A DNA stretch of 64,000 bases from Candidatus Multivorans sp. (lineage in GTDB: Bacteria; Acidobacteriota; Thermoanaerobaculia; Multivoradales; Multivoraceae). Under the pieces are notes generated by a model. That model worked only from the letters and a program-made list of their open reading frames with translations. It searched no databases and was not told the origin of the DNA. The position numbers were made by a program, and so were the translations under genes. Shown one piece after another: positions 52,309 through 60,957 of this stretch. Where the stretch lies: NCBI GenBank assembly GCA_965262355.1, contig OZ253534.1, positions 3,234,232 to 3,298,231 of the forward strand, given 5' to 3'. The first letter of the stretch is position 1. The number at the start of each line of letters is the position of its first letter.

Positions 52309-53805
52309 TTGATGTCGAACAGTGCGAAACTGAGCGCGCGGCGCCCCGTGGCGTCCCGGATCGCGCTCTACGGAGCACTGCTCGTCGTTGCGGCCGCCTC
52401 TGCCGTGTTCCTGCAGCGCACGCCGGCGCCGGTCTTCGACACGGCTTGGTCGGGGGTCGACTACGAGGCGAACGAGGATGTCCGGCGGCTGCAGGCCCTG
52501 GTCCGGATCGACACGACGCCTGATGTGGGCCGGGAGATCGACGCCGCTCGCTACCTGGCCGGGATCCTGGAGGACGCCGGTCTGCCGGTGGAGATCGAGG
52601 AGCATCCGGGCGCGAAGGCGAACCTGTGGGCGATCCTCGAGGGTGAAACCGAGGAGGCGCTGGTCCTCCACAACCACCTCGATGTCGATCCGATACGCCG
52701 CCCCGAGGACTGGGTCGTGCCGCCGTTCGAGGGCCGCATCGAGCCGCCGTGGATCATCGGGCGGGGCGTCTTCGACATGAAGAGCGTCACCGTTGCCCAG
52801 CTCGGCGCGGTGCTGGCGGCGAAGGAGCGGATGGACAGGAACGGCTGGCGTCCAAAGCACTCGCTGATCTTCCTCGCGACCAGCAGCGAGGAGACCGGCA
52901 GCGACCTGGGTACCCGCCACATCCTCGCCACCCGGCCGGAACTGACCCGCCGGTTCTGGGCCGTGCTCACCGAGGGCGGGGTGCTGGAGGCGCCCTGGGC
53001 GGGTGAGGTCAAGTACTGGGGCACGTCATTCGCCCAGAAGCAGTTCCTGGAGGTGACCGCGACCAGTGCGTCGGCGGAGCGGCTGGAGCGGCTCCGCGCG
53101 ATTCTGCTCGAGGCGCTGCGCACGGCGCCGCCGACCGCCCTGGTGCCGGAGGCGAAGGCGTTCGCTGCCGCCTACGGACCGTCGCGCCAGCATCCGGACT
53201 ACCGGGCCGCCCTGGCCGAGCCCGAGCGCGTGCTGAGCGAGCCCGAGCTGTTCGAGCGCCTGCCGGATCTGCTCAAGTCGTTGTTCCGCAACGAGGCGCA
53301 CCCGTTCGCGGTCGAAGCGTCTCCCGCGGGCGGCTACCGGTTGCGGATCGTGCTCCACGTCCTGCCCGGTCTCGACGCCGACGTCGCGGCGGCCGAGCTG
53401 CTGCCAGGCCGGCGCCTGGACGGCATCGACATCCGGATTCACGAGCGCCGCGGAGCGGTGCGGGGAAGTCCCCTCGACCACCCCGCGTACGTTCAGTTGA
53501 TCGATTCGCTGCTTCGGCGAACCGGCGTCGAGCCTGGCCGTGTCGGGCCCTACCTGCTCACCCGGTACGCCAACGACGCCCGGTTCTTCCGGCGCTACGG
53601 CATTGCCGCCTACGGGTTCACTCCATTCCTGCTTCTCTCGGTCGACACGATGACCGTGGCGGGTCCGAACGAGAAGATCGCCCTGCCTGCCTTCGTCGAG
53701 GGCGCGGAGTTGTATCGCCAGGTCGTGCTCGACCTGCTCGATGCGGCGCCGCGGCCGGACAGTTTCGCCGCTCGGGCCGCGGAGTCGCGGGAGGCGTCCC
53801 CGTGA
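52309..53805 (+). CDS. M20-family metallopeptidase (ArgE/DapE/CPG2-like), secreted or membrane-anchored
   Basis: ALVLHNHLDVDP, GRGVFDMKS, ...SSEETGS... N-terminal hydrophobic segment. Confidence 0.75.
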   Translation: MMSNSAKLSARRPVASRIALYGALLVVAAASAVFLQRTPAPVFDTAWSGVDYEANEDVRRLQALVRIDTTPDVGREIDAARYLAGILEDAGLPVEIEEHPGAKANLWAILEGETEEALVLHNHLDVDPIRRPEDWVVPPFEGRIEPPWIIGRGVFDMKSVTVAQLGAVLAAKERMDRNGWRPKHSLIFLATSSEETGSDLGTRHILATRPELTRRFWAVLTEGGVLEAPWAGEVKYWGTSFAQKQFLEVTATSASAERLERLRAILLEALRTAPPTALVPEAKAFAAAYGPSRQHPDYRAALAEPERVLSEPELFERLPDLLKSLFRNEAHPFAVEASPAGGYRLRIVLHVLPGLDADVAAAELLPGRRLDGIDIRIHERRGAVRGSPLDHPAYVQLIDSLLRRTGVEPGRVGPYLLTRYANDARFFRRYGIAAYGFTPFLLLSVDTMTVAGPNEKIALPAFVEGAELYRQVVLDLLDAAPRPDSFAARAAESREASP

Positions 53806-55265
53806 TGGCAGGGAGCGTCCGGCAAGGATTGCGGTTCGGTCTGGCGACAGCCGCGCTGTTTGTGGCGGCGCCGGTACTGGCCGGCGCCGGCCCCGTTGCC
53901 TGGCTACAAGAGTACGTCTCCTTCGATACGAGCAACCCGCCCGGCGGCGAGGGGCCGGCCGTCCGGTACCTGGCTACGCTGATCGAAAGGGGCGATCCTG
54001 GCGGGGAGATCGAGGTTCGGGTTCTCCTGAGCCCCAATGGACGCCCGAACCTCTACGCGCGATTGCCGGCGAACGCGGTGGATGCGCCAGGCCGCAGCCT
54101 GGTTCTGCTGCACCACCTCGATGTCGTGCCGGCGGGCGGAGGCTGGACCCGACCGCCATTCGGCGGTGAGCTGCAGCGCGGGCGGATCTGGGGCCGCGGC
54201 GCGCTGGACGCGAAGAGCCTCGGCGTTGCTCACCTGAACGCCATGCTCGATCTCCTGGGGAGCGCCCGCCCGCGGCGCCGCGACCTGGTCCTGGTCGCCA
54301 GCGCGGACGAGGAAGCGGGCGGCGAAGACGGCGTCGCCTGGCTGCTCGAAGAGCACGGCGAGCTGTTCGGCGACGCCGAGGCGGTGCTGAACGAGGCGGG
54401 CGTCAACCGGATGGCTGGCGACCGACTGCTGTGGTGGGGAATCGAGACGGCTCAGAAACAGGTGCTCTGGCTGCGGGTCACTGCCGCCGGCCGGGGCGGC
54501 CACGGCTCGGGGTTCAACCCCGCGAGCCCCACCCATAGACTGCTGCGGGCTCTGAACCGGGTCCTCGACCTGGAGCATCCCTGGCGGGTTACCGCTGCGT
54601 CCCACCAGGCCTACCGCGCGCTGGCCGGGTACCGTCCGGGCGAGTTCGCCGAGGTCTTTGATCAGCCGATGGAGGTGGTTCAGGCCGAACTTGACCGCCG
54701 CGTGCGCGCCGGGGGGCTGGACCGGATTCTCCTGCCGGGCATGTCGGCGAGCTTTCGCGACACGGTTCAGATCACCCGGCTCGACAACGGCGCCGGGCCG
54801 GTGAACGTGGCGCCGGGCGAGGCCACCGCGCTGATCGACGCGCGTCTGCTGCCGGACACCGACGTCGAGGGGTTCCGCCGACGGGTGGAGACGGTGCTTG
54901 GCAGCGGCATCCATGTCGAGGAGCTGCTGCGCTCCGGCGGCAGTCCGGTGTCGAGTACGAGCAGCGACGTCTACCGGACCTTGGAGCGGGTTCTCGGCGT
55001 GCGCGCCCCGGTGGCGCCGACGATGATTGCCGGCGCCACGGACTCCCGCTTCTTCCGCCGCCGCGGCGTGGACGCCTACGGCTTCTCGCCCTTCACGCTC
55101 TCCGCCGACGATGCGGGCGGCATCCACGGCGCCGACGAGCGGATACCGGTCGAGGGCTTCCTCCGCGGCTGCGAGATGATGAAGCGGGTCGTCGCCGCCC
55201 TCGTCCTTGCGGAGGTCGACTCCGTGCCGCCTGCCACCGGCGGCGCCGGCCGCAGGGAGCCATGA
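53802..55265 (+). CDS. M20-family metallopeptidase, tandem paralogue
   Basis: LVLLHHLDVVPA, WGRGALDAKS, ADEEAGGEDG, GATDSRFF. 4-nt overlap with the upstream gene. Confidence 0.75.
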   Translation: MMAGSVRQGLRFGLATAALFVAAPVLAGAGPVAWLQEYVSFDTSNPPGGEGPAVRYLATLIERGDPGGEIEVRVLLSPNGRPNLYARLPANAVDAPGRSLVLLHHLDVVPAGGGWTRPPFGGELQRGRIWGRGALDAKSLGVAHLNAMLDLLGSARPRRRDLVLVASADEEAGGEDGVAWLLEEHGELFGDAEAVLNEAGVNRMAGDRLLWWGIETAQKQVLWLRVTAAGRGGHGSGFNPASPTHRLLRALNRVLDLEHPWRVTAASHQAYRALAGYRPGEFAEVFDQPMEVVQAELDRRVRAGGLDRILLPGMSASFRDTVQITRLDNGAGPVNVAPGEATALIDARLLPDTDVEGFRRRVETVLGSGIHVEELLRSGGSPVSSTSSDVYRTLERVLGVRAPVAPTMIAGATDSRFFRRRGVDAYGFSPFTLSADDAGGIHGADERIPVEGFLRGCEMMKRVVAALVLAEVDSVPPATGGAGRREP

Positions 55266-56053
55266 TGCTCGAAGAGGACCCGGCCCTGGCCATCTTCGGC
55301 GCGACGTACTCGGCGGTGATCGGCCTGTGTGTCGGCAGTTTTCTGAACGTCGTCGCCCACCGCCTGCCGCGCGGCGAGTCGGTGGTCCGGCCCCGCTCCC
55401 GCTGCCCGAGCTGCGGCGGCAGGATTGCCGGCCGGGACAACCTGCCGGTCCTGAGCTTCGTGCTGCTCGGGGGCCGCTGCCGCATGTGCAGCGGGCGGAT
55501 ATCGTGGCGCTACCCGGTCGTCGAGGCCACCTCAGGGCTCCTCTGGCTCATCTCCTGGCTCACCTTCGGACCGACTGTGGACGGTCTGGCGGCGGCCGTC
55601 TTCTCGAGCCTCCTGCTGGCCCTCGCGGTGATCGACGCCGCCCACTTCCTGCTCCCCGATCGACTGACGTACCTGACTTTGGGCCTCGGTCTGGCGGCGT
55701 CCTTCGGAGTCAGTTGGACGACGCCGCTCGGGTCGGCGCTCGGCGCCGCCGCCGGCGCGGCGGCGCTGCTCCTCCTGATCGGCGCCTGGTACTTGCTTCG
55801 CCGCGTCCGCGGCATGGGCCTGGGTGACGTCAAGATGCTCGCCGGGGTGGGCGCCTTCCTCGGCCCTTACGGGATGTTGCTCACGCTCTTCCTGGCCTGC
55901 CTTTTCGGCGCGGTCTTCGGGCTTCTGCTCATCGTCCGCGGGCGTTTGGGTTGGGGTTCACGCCTGCCGTTCGGGGTCTTTCTGTCGATCGGTGCGGCCG
56001 TGTCGCTGTTCTTCGGTCCGCGATTGATCGCCGCCTACGCGTCGCTGCTTTAG
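55262..56053 (+). CDS. pilD: Type IV prepilin peptidase (A24 family)
   Basis: SFLNVVAHRLP, CPSCGGRIAGRDNLPVLSF...GRCRMCSGRISWRYPVVE (Zn-finger-like), GLGDVKMLAGVGAFLG. Confidence 0.9.
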   Translation: MMLEEDPALAIFGATYSAVIGLCVGSFLNVVAHRLPRGESVVRPRSRCPSCGGRIAGRDNLPVLSFVLLGGRCRMCSGRISWRYPVVEATSGLLWLISWLTFGPTVDGLAAAVFSSLLLALAVIDAAHFLLPDRLTYLTLGLGLAASFGVSWTTPLGSALGAAAGAAALLLLIGAWYLLRRVRGMGLGDVKMLAGVGAFLGPYGMLLTLFLACLFGAVFGLLLIVRGRLGWGSRLPFGVFLSIGAAVSLFFGPRLIAAYASLL

Positions 56054-56146
56054 CGCAGCGCGGTAGAACTCCCGGAGACCGGCGCTTCGCGCCGGATGCG
56101 GGCAGGATGCCCGCGTTCCCAGGTCGGATCGTTCTACCGCGCTAGC
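56051..56146 (-). repeat. Long palindromic REP-like element family B, copy B2
   Basis: TAGCGCAGCGCGGTAGAAC...GTTCTACCGCGCTAGC starts at the pilD TAG stop. The interior contains GGATGCGGGCAGGATGCCCGC. Confidence 0.7.
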
Positions 56147-56197
56147 TCTAGCGCGGCGCGCGCCAAGTCCGGCGCCCCCATTTCCGTCTTGATCGGT

Positions 56198-56644
56198 ATG
56201 GAGAGTTCATGCCGTCCCGTTTCCAACCGGCTGACGTGGGCCGGCTTCACCCTGGTCGAGGTGCTGGTCTCCTGCGCCTTGCTGGGCCTGGCCGCCGCGA
56301 CTGTGTTGTCGCTTCTGGTTCGATCAGGTCTGAACAACCTCGAAGCGCGTCGAGCCGATGCCCTGGTCGCCATGGCGCGCTCTGCCCTGGACGACCTCGG
56401 GAACGCGGACAACGTCGAGCAGGTCTGGTGTTCCTCGATCTCGGCCTGGCGGGATGACTGCGGTGCGGAGGCGCCGGGGTTCCGGCTCTCGATGCATGCG
56501 GTGCCGGTTCAGGTGCCGGCCGTTGCCGGCGAGTCCGTGGAAGTGGAGGAGGTGACGGTCGAAGTGACCGCCCTGCAGGCGGGCCGAGCCGTCGGGGAGA
56601 GGACGATCCGCCTCGTCACGTTCCGCACGGCGGGGGTCCGGTGA
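56198..56644 (+). CDS. Prepilin-type N-terminal cleavage/methylation domain protein (minor pilin/pseudopilin)
   Basis: ATG at 56198. ...WAGFTLVEVLVSCALLGLAAA is the G/FTLxE prepilin motif. Confidence 0.75.
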   Translation: MESSCRPVSNRLTWAGFTLVEVLVSCALLGLAAATVLSLLVRSGLNNLEARRADALVAMARSALDDLGNADNVEQVWCSSISAWRDDCGAEAPGFRLSMHAVPVQVPAVAGESVEVEEVTVEVTALQAGRAVGERTIRLVTFRTAGVR

Positions 56645-57669
56645 AGGTCGACCGGCGCTGCTGTGTGTCCGTCGGGCGACCGGACTCCGGGGCCAGCCTG
56701 ATCGAGACGCTGGTCGCGTTCGGTCTGACCGTGGCGGTTTCCGCGGCCGCCCTCTTCCTGTTCGTTCTTCATCAGAGGCTGGCCCAGGCTCAACTCGAGG
56801 CGGCGTCGCTCCAGCAGGCGCAGCAGGCAGTCCACCGCGAACTGCGGCGGACACTGCGCGGCGCCGGCCGGGGCGGCCTGGCCCACCAGTTGCCCGGGCA
56901 GGCGCCGCGTCCCGAACTCGCGGTCGAAGTCGAGAAGCAGGTGAGCGCGGGTCACGCCGTCGGCGCCAGGACGGCGGCCGAGGGAACCGACGTGCTGGTG
57001 GTCCGTGGCGTGATCAACGGTCCGCTCTACTGGGTCGACGAGTACCGATTCGACCCGGCCGCGAGGCGCGGCTGGGTTCAAGTGCGCGCGCGGACCGCAT
57101 ACGGCTCTGCCCAATCCCTCGAGATGCTCCGAGAGGCCGGTGACGCCGGCGACGATGCCCTGCTCCTGGTCTCCGGTGACGCCCCTGGGGTTCACGCCGT
57201 GGTCCCGATCGTCGACGTGGCCTTGAGCGGCCGGGGCCGGGACCGCACCTTGCGGGTCGAGTTCCATGCCGATGCCTCGCGGGGTCCGTTCGCGGCCGGC
57301 TTTCTTTCGATGTCGAGCGGCGGGAGCTGGCCGGCCGGCTACATGAGCAGGGTCGACCGGGTCGGTGTGCTCGAAGAGTGGCGGTTCTACATCCGACCGC
57401 CGGATCCGGACTCCCTGCGGGGATCGCAACTGGCGATGGCCCGCCTCTATCCCGGTACGGGGATCGCGTGGCGCCGTCGGAGCGCGAACCTGACCCAGGT
57501 GATCGCGGACGGCATTGCCGATCTGAAGGTCGCGGTCGAGGAGAGGGGGGAAGGCGGTGGATGGAGCGTCAGCGTAGTCAGTACCGCTCAGGGCGGAGAA
57601 CCGGCCGCGGCGGCTCTGCGGGTGCAACGGACGGCTTCAACCGCGGTTCGGATGAGGAACCTGCAGTGA
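56641..57669 (+). CDS. PilW-like minor pilin (prepilin-type N-terminal domain)
   Basis: ...SGASLIETLVAFGLTVAVSAAALFL prepilin-like motif. 342 aa. 4-nt overlaps on both sides. Confidence 0.6.
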   Translation: MKVDRRCCVSVGRPDSGASLIETLVAFGLTVAVSAAALFLFVLHQRLAQAQLEAASLQQAQQAVHRELRRTLRGAGRGGLAHQLPGQAPRPELAVEVEKQVSAGHAVGARTAAEGTDVLVVRGVINGPLYWVDEYRFDPAARRGWVQVRARTAYGSAQSLEMLREAGDAGDDALLLVSGDAPGVHAVVPIVDVALSGRGRDRTLRVEFHADASRGPFAAGFLSMSSGGSWPAGYMSRVDRVGVLEEWRFYIRPPDPDSLRGSQLAMARLYPGTGIAWRRRSANLTQVIADGIADLKVAVEERGEGGGWSVSVVSTAQGGEPAAAALRVQRTASTAVRMRNLQ

Positions 57670-59471
57670 GCTTGGATCCTGGCAAGCCGCCCGCTGGGGT
57701 GCGGGGAAGTTCCACCCTGCTTGTCACCCTGATCCTCCTGCTCCTGACAGGCTCCTGCCTGGCTCTGCTGATGGCAACCCAGACGCAGATGCTGATCGCT
57801 TCCGGGCAGAAGTTGCAGGCGCGCCTGCTTGCCGCCGCGGAAGGCGGCCTGCAGCTCGCCGTAGCGCGGGGGGTCGCCGGCGCCGCCGATCCCTACACGC
57901 GTACCCTGGGCGTCGGGGCGCCGGGCGCCGAGATCATGGTCGAAGTCACAGGCGTTGTGCAGGTGGCAGACGGCACATGCCACCTTTGCATGGCCAACCT
58001 GGACGGCGCGTTGGGCGCCCTTGGCGGTCTGCGCCGGGTCAGTCACGTTGCCGCAGCCGCCGCCACGGCGCCCAGCCGTCTGGATGGTCTGCCGCCGCCC
58101 AGACGGGATCTGACCGCGGTGGTCGACCTGATGCCGTGGCCGAGCCGTGCGAGCGGTGAGTGGGACCTCGCGGGAACTGCAAGGGCGGCACGGGGCCTGA
58201 TCCGGGATGCCGCCCTGAGCGAGATCGGCGCCTACGACGAAGATGCCCCGTTGACGGTCGCGAGGGTCACCGATCCGGAGGCCGACACGCCGCGGACGGT
58301 CGCGGTCGGAGGACTCGGCCGGGCCGGCCACCTTCTCTACGCCTTTGAACTGTCGCCGGAGGTCCGACCCCTGTGGCGCTTCGCCGACGGCGCGGACGGG
58401 GATGGCAACGGCGTAGCCGACCTCGGCTACACGGTGTCCAAGCCGGCGATCGTGCCGCTGCGGCTCGGCGCCGCCGTCCGCCCGGTCGCGGTGTTCGGAG
58501 GCGGCTTCGACCCTGAGGGCTCCGGCGAGGTGGGGAACTGGCTGTACTTCGTGGGGATCGACAGCGGGCAGGTGCTGTACAAGCGGTCGCTCGATGCGCC
58601 GGTCACCGCCGCGCCGGCGGCCGTGGACACCAGGGGCGACGGACTGGCCGACCGGATCTACGTGGGAACGACCGCGGGCAGTCTTTACCGCGTCGACGTG
58701 TCGCCCCCGGTCGAACTCGAGGGTGGCCGCGTTCCGGCTGGCGCCTGGAGTCCGCGGCGGGTGTTCGACACCGGCGGCCTGCCGATCCACCATCCGCCAG
58801 CGGCGATCCCGGTGCCGGCGCTTGGCGCTCACGCTCTTGCCCTTGGGGCCGGCGGCGGCGCCGACCCCGAGGCCGGGTCCGAAGAAGCGTTGGCCGGCCG
58901 GTTCTTCCTGTTCGTGGAGCGCGGCGCCGGCGGTCCCGGTTCAGCGGACGAACTCCCCCGTCTCGATCCGGAGAGTCCGCCCCGGAGGGTCGATCGGTTG
59001 GCGCCGGCGCTGGCGCCGGGGGAGCAGGGGTGGTCGCTGGCCCTGGGCGACGGGGAGCGTCCGGCGTCGGCGCCGCTGGCCGCCGCCGGGCTGCTCACCT
59101 TCTTCACCCTGCGCCCGACCGGGCCGGACGGCGGAGAGATCCGCAGGTACGCTCTGCGGCTTGGCTCCGGCGACGCCGCGGCCGCCGGACCCCGTTCGCA
59201 ACTCGTCGATCGCAACGCCGCGTGGCCGTCTCCCGCCCTCGGGGCGCCGACTCGGATCGAGGTCGACCATCCGGGGAGTCTGGCCGCTCCGCTCCTTCAG
59301 GCTGACGAAATCGCGATCATCGAGGGGCTCCGGGACCTCTCGCCGGAGCGTTGCCAGTTCGACGGCAGCCGCATCCGGCTGACCGGGTCCGGCCCGGACG
59401 GCTCAGAGGTACGGCTGGCGGTCCTTCCGGTATGCCGGATCGACGTGGACTGGGCCGAAGGCCGTCCCTGA
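57666..59471 (+). CDS. PilX-like N-terminus fused to a PilY1-like beta-propeller region (pilus tip/assembly protein candidate)
   Basis: GTG at 57666 (GTGA overlap). RGSSTLLVTLILLLLTGSCLALL (PilX_N-like). ...VDTRGDGLADRIYVGTTAGSLYRVDV... resembles the PilY1 propeller/Ca-site region. Confidence 0.45.
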   Translation: MSLDPGKPPAGVRGSSTLLVTLILLLLTGSCLALLMATQTQMLIASGQKLQARLLAAAEGGLQLAVARGVAGAADPYTRTLGVGAPGAEIMVEVTGVVQVADGTCHLCMANLDGALGALGGLRRVSHVAAAAATAPSRLDGLPPPRRDLTAVVDLMPWPSRASGEWDLAGTARAARGLIRDAALSEIGAYDEDAPLTVARVTDPEADTPRTVAVGGLGRAGHLLYAFELSPEVRPLWRFADGADGDGNGVADLGYTVSKPAIVPLRLGAAVRPVAVFGGGFDPEGSGEVGNWLYFVGIDSGQVLYKRSLDAPVTAAPAAVDTRGDGLADRIYVGTTAGSLYRVDVSPPVELEGGRVPAGAWSPRRVFDTGGLPIHHPPAAIPVPALGAHALALGAGGGADPEAGSEEALAGRFFLFVERGAGGPGSADELPRLDPESPPRRVDRLAPALAPGEQGWSLALGDGERPASAPLAAAGLLTFFTLRPTGPDGGEIRRYALRLGSGDAAAAGPRSQLVDRNAAWPSPALGAPTRIEVDHPGSLAAPLLQADEIAIIEGLRDLSPERCQFDGSRIRLTGSGPDGSEVRLAVLPVCRIDVDWAEGRP

Positions 59472-59473
59472 AA

Positions 59474-59535
59474 CACTGGGTGCGCCGGCCTTCCGGCCGG
59501 CATCAGGTGCGCTGCCGCGAAGCGGCGCGCACGAG
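59474..59535 (-). repeat. REP-like element family A, copy A5 (inverted orientation)
   Basis: The reverse complement reads CTCGTGCGCGCCGCTTCGCGGCAGCGCACCTGATGCCGGCCGGAAGGCCGGCGCACCCAGTG. Located between convergent genes. Confidence 0.7.
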
Positions 59536-59568
59536 CTTCCTGGGCGGAATCTTCTGCGGGCCAGACTC

Positions 59569-60915
59569 CTACAGCCGATGTTTGAGAGCCCGTTCGACCG
59601 CCCCGGCCAGCGCCTCGTCGTCGGCTGGATCCACGGTCCGCAGATCGAGGATGAGGCGTCCGCCGCGCTGGTATCCGACCACGGGCGGCTCGCCGGTCCG
59701 AAGCCGGCCGGCGGCCTCCGCGGGGGCGTCCAGCGCGAGCACCCAACCTTCGATCGCCTCATCCGGCGCGGCGCCGCCGCCCAGGTAGGCGTCACCCCGG
59801 ACGGCCTGGCCTCCCAGTCTCGCCGCCATCTGTTCGACCCGGCGGCGGGATTCCCCGGTCTCGTCCCAGAGCGCCTCGATCGGCATCGGCTGTGTTGCCA
59901 GGTGGCGCCGGAGCACGGCGTCGAGTGCGGTGAGGACCAGCCGTCCCGGTCGGAGCGCGCGGTAGAGCGGCGACTTCCGGAGTTGGTCGACGAACGGTCG
60001 CCGACCCACGATCAGTCCGGCCTGCGGTCCCCCGAGGACCTTGTCGCCGCTGCCGCAGACCAGATCGCAGCCGGCTTCGATCAGATCCCGGAAGCTCTGG
60101 TGCCGTCTCAGCACCGGCACCGTGTGCGACCCGATGACGCCGCTGCCCTCGTCGACCAGAAGGGGCAGGTCGTGACGGTGCGCGAAGTCGGCGAGCTCGG
60201 CTGCCGGAACCTCCTCCGCAAAGCCCCGGATGCGGAAGTTGCTCGAGAACACCTTGAGGACCAGGGACGTGGCCGGGCGCACGGCCCGCTCGTAGTCGGC
60301 GAGCCGGGTGCGGTTCGTGGTGCCGACCTCGACCAGCCGGGCGCCGCTCGTCTCGAGGATGTCGGGAATCCGGAACGAACCTCCGATCTCGACGAGTTCG
60401 CTCCGGGACAGAAGGACTTCGCGGCCGGAAGCCAGGGTCGAGAGCGCCAGCACCAGGGCGGCCGCGTTGTTGTTGACGACCAGGGCCGCCTCGGCGCCGG
60501 TCAGGGTCTGCAGGAGGCTCTCGACGCGGAGACTGCGGTCCGTGCGACGTCCGGTCGCGAGGTCCATCTCCAGGTCGCAGTAGGCGTCGAGCCGAGTCTT
60601 CAGGCCGTCCACGACGGATCGAGGAAGGGGCGCCCGGCCCAGATTGGTATGCAGGAAGATGCCCGTTGCGTTCAGCACCCGGCGGAGCGGAGGCGCCTCC
60701 GCTTCCAGAGCGGCGCGAACGCGGTCGGGGATCCGGCGGATGAGGTCGTTCAGGTCGTCGTCGCCGATCCCGGCTCGGATTTCGCCGCGAAGCGCGTCGA
60801 GAACTCTGGCTGCTTGGACCCTCGTCGCTTGCCTTCCGTATAATCCTGTGAGTTCGGCAAGCGGGCTCTCCTGCAGTAGATGTCCTACTGCAGGTAGTCG
60901 TCGCAGTTGACTCAC
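59569..60915 (-). CDS. selA: L-seryl-tRNA(Sec) selenium transferase
   Basis: MSQLRRLPAVGHLLQ..., NATGIFLHTNLGRAPL, CGSGDKVLGGPQAGLIVGR (PLP-Lys region). Confidence 0.85.
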   Translation of the reverse strand: MSQLRRLPAVGHLLQESPLAELTGLYGRQATRVQAARVLDALRGEIRAGIGDDDLNDLIRRIPDRVRAALEAEAPPLRRVLNATGIFLHTNLGRAPLPRSVVDGLKTRLDAYCDLEMDLATGRRTDRSLRVESLLQTLTGAEAALVVNNNAAALVLALSTLASGREVLLSRSELVEIGGSFRIPDILETSGARLVEVGTTNRTRLADYERAVRPATSLVLKVFSSNFRIRGFAEEVPAAELADFAHRHDLPLLVDEGSGVIGSHTVPVLRRHQSFRDLIEAGCDLVCGSGDKVLGGPQAGLIVGRRPFVDQLRKSPLYRALRPGRLVLTALDAVLRRHLATQPMPIEALWDETGESRRRVEQMAARLGGQAVRGDAYLGGGAAPDEAIEGWVLALDAPAEAAGRLRTGEPPVVGYQRGGRLILDLRTVDPADDEALAGAVERALKHRL

Positions 60916-60957
60916 GTCTCGCTGATCCTATTCCTCGCAGCCACCGCGCGGAGAGCC

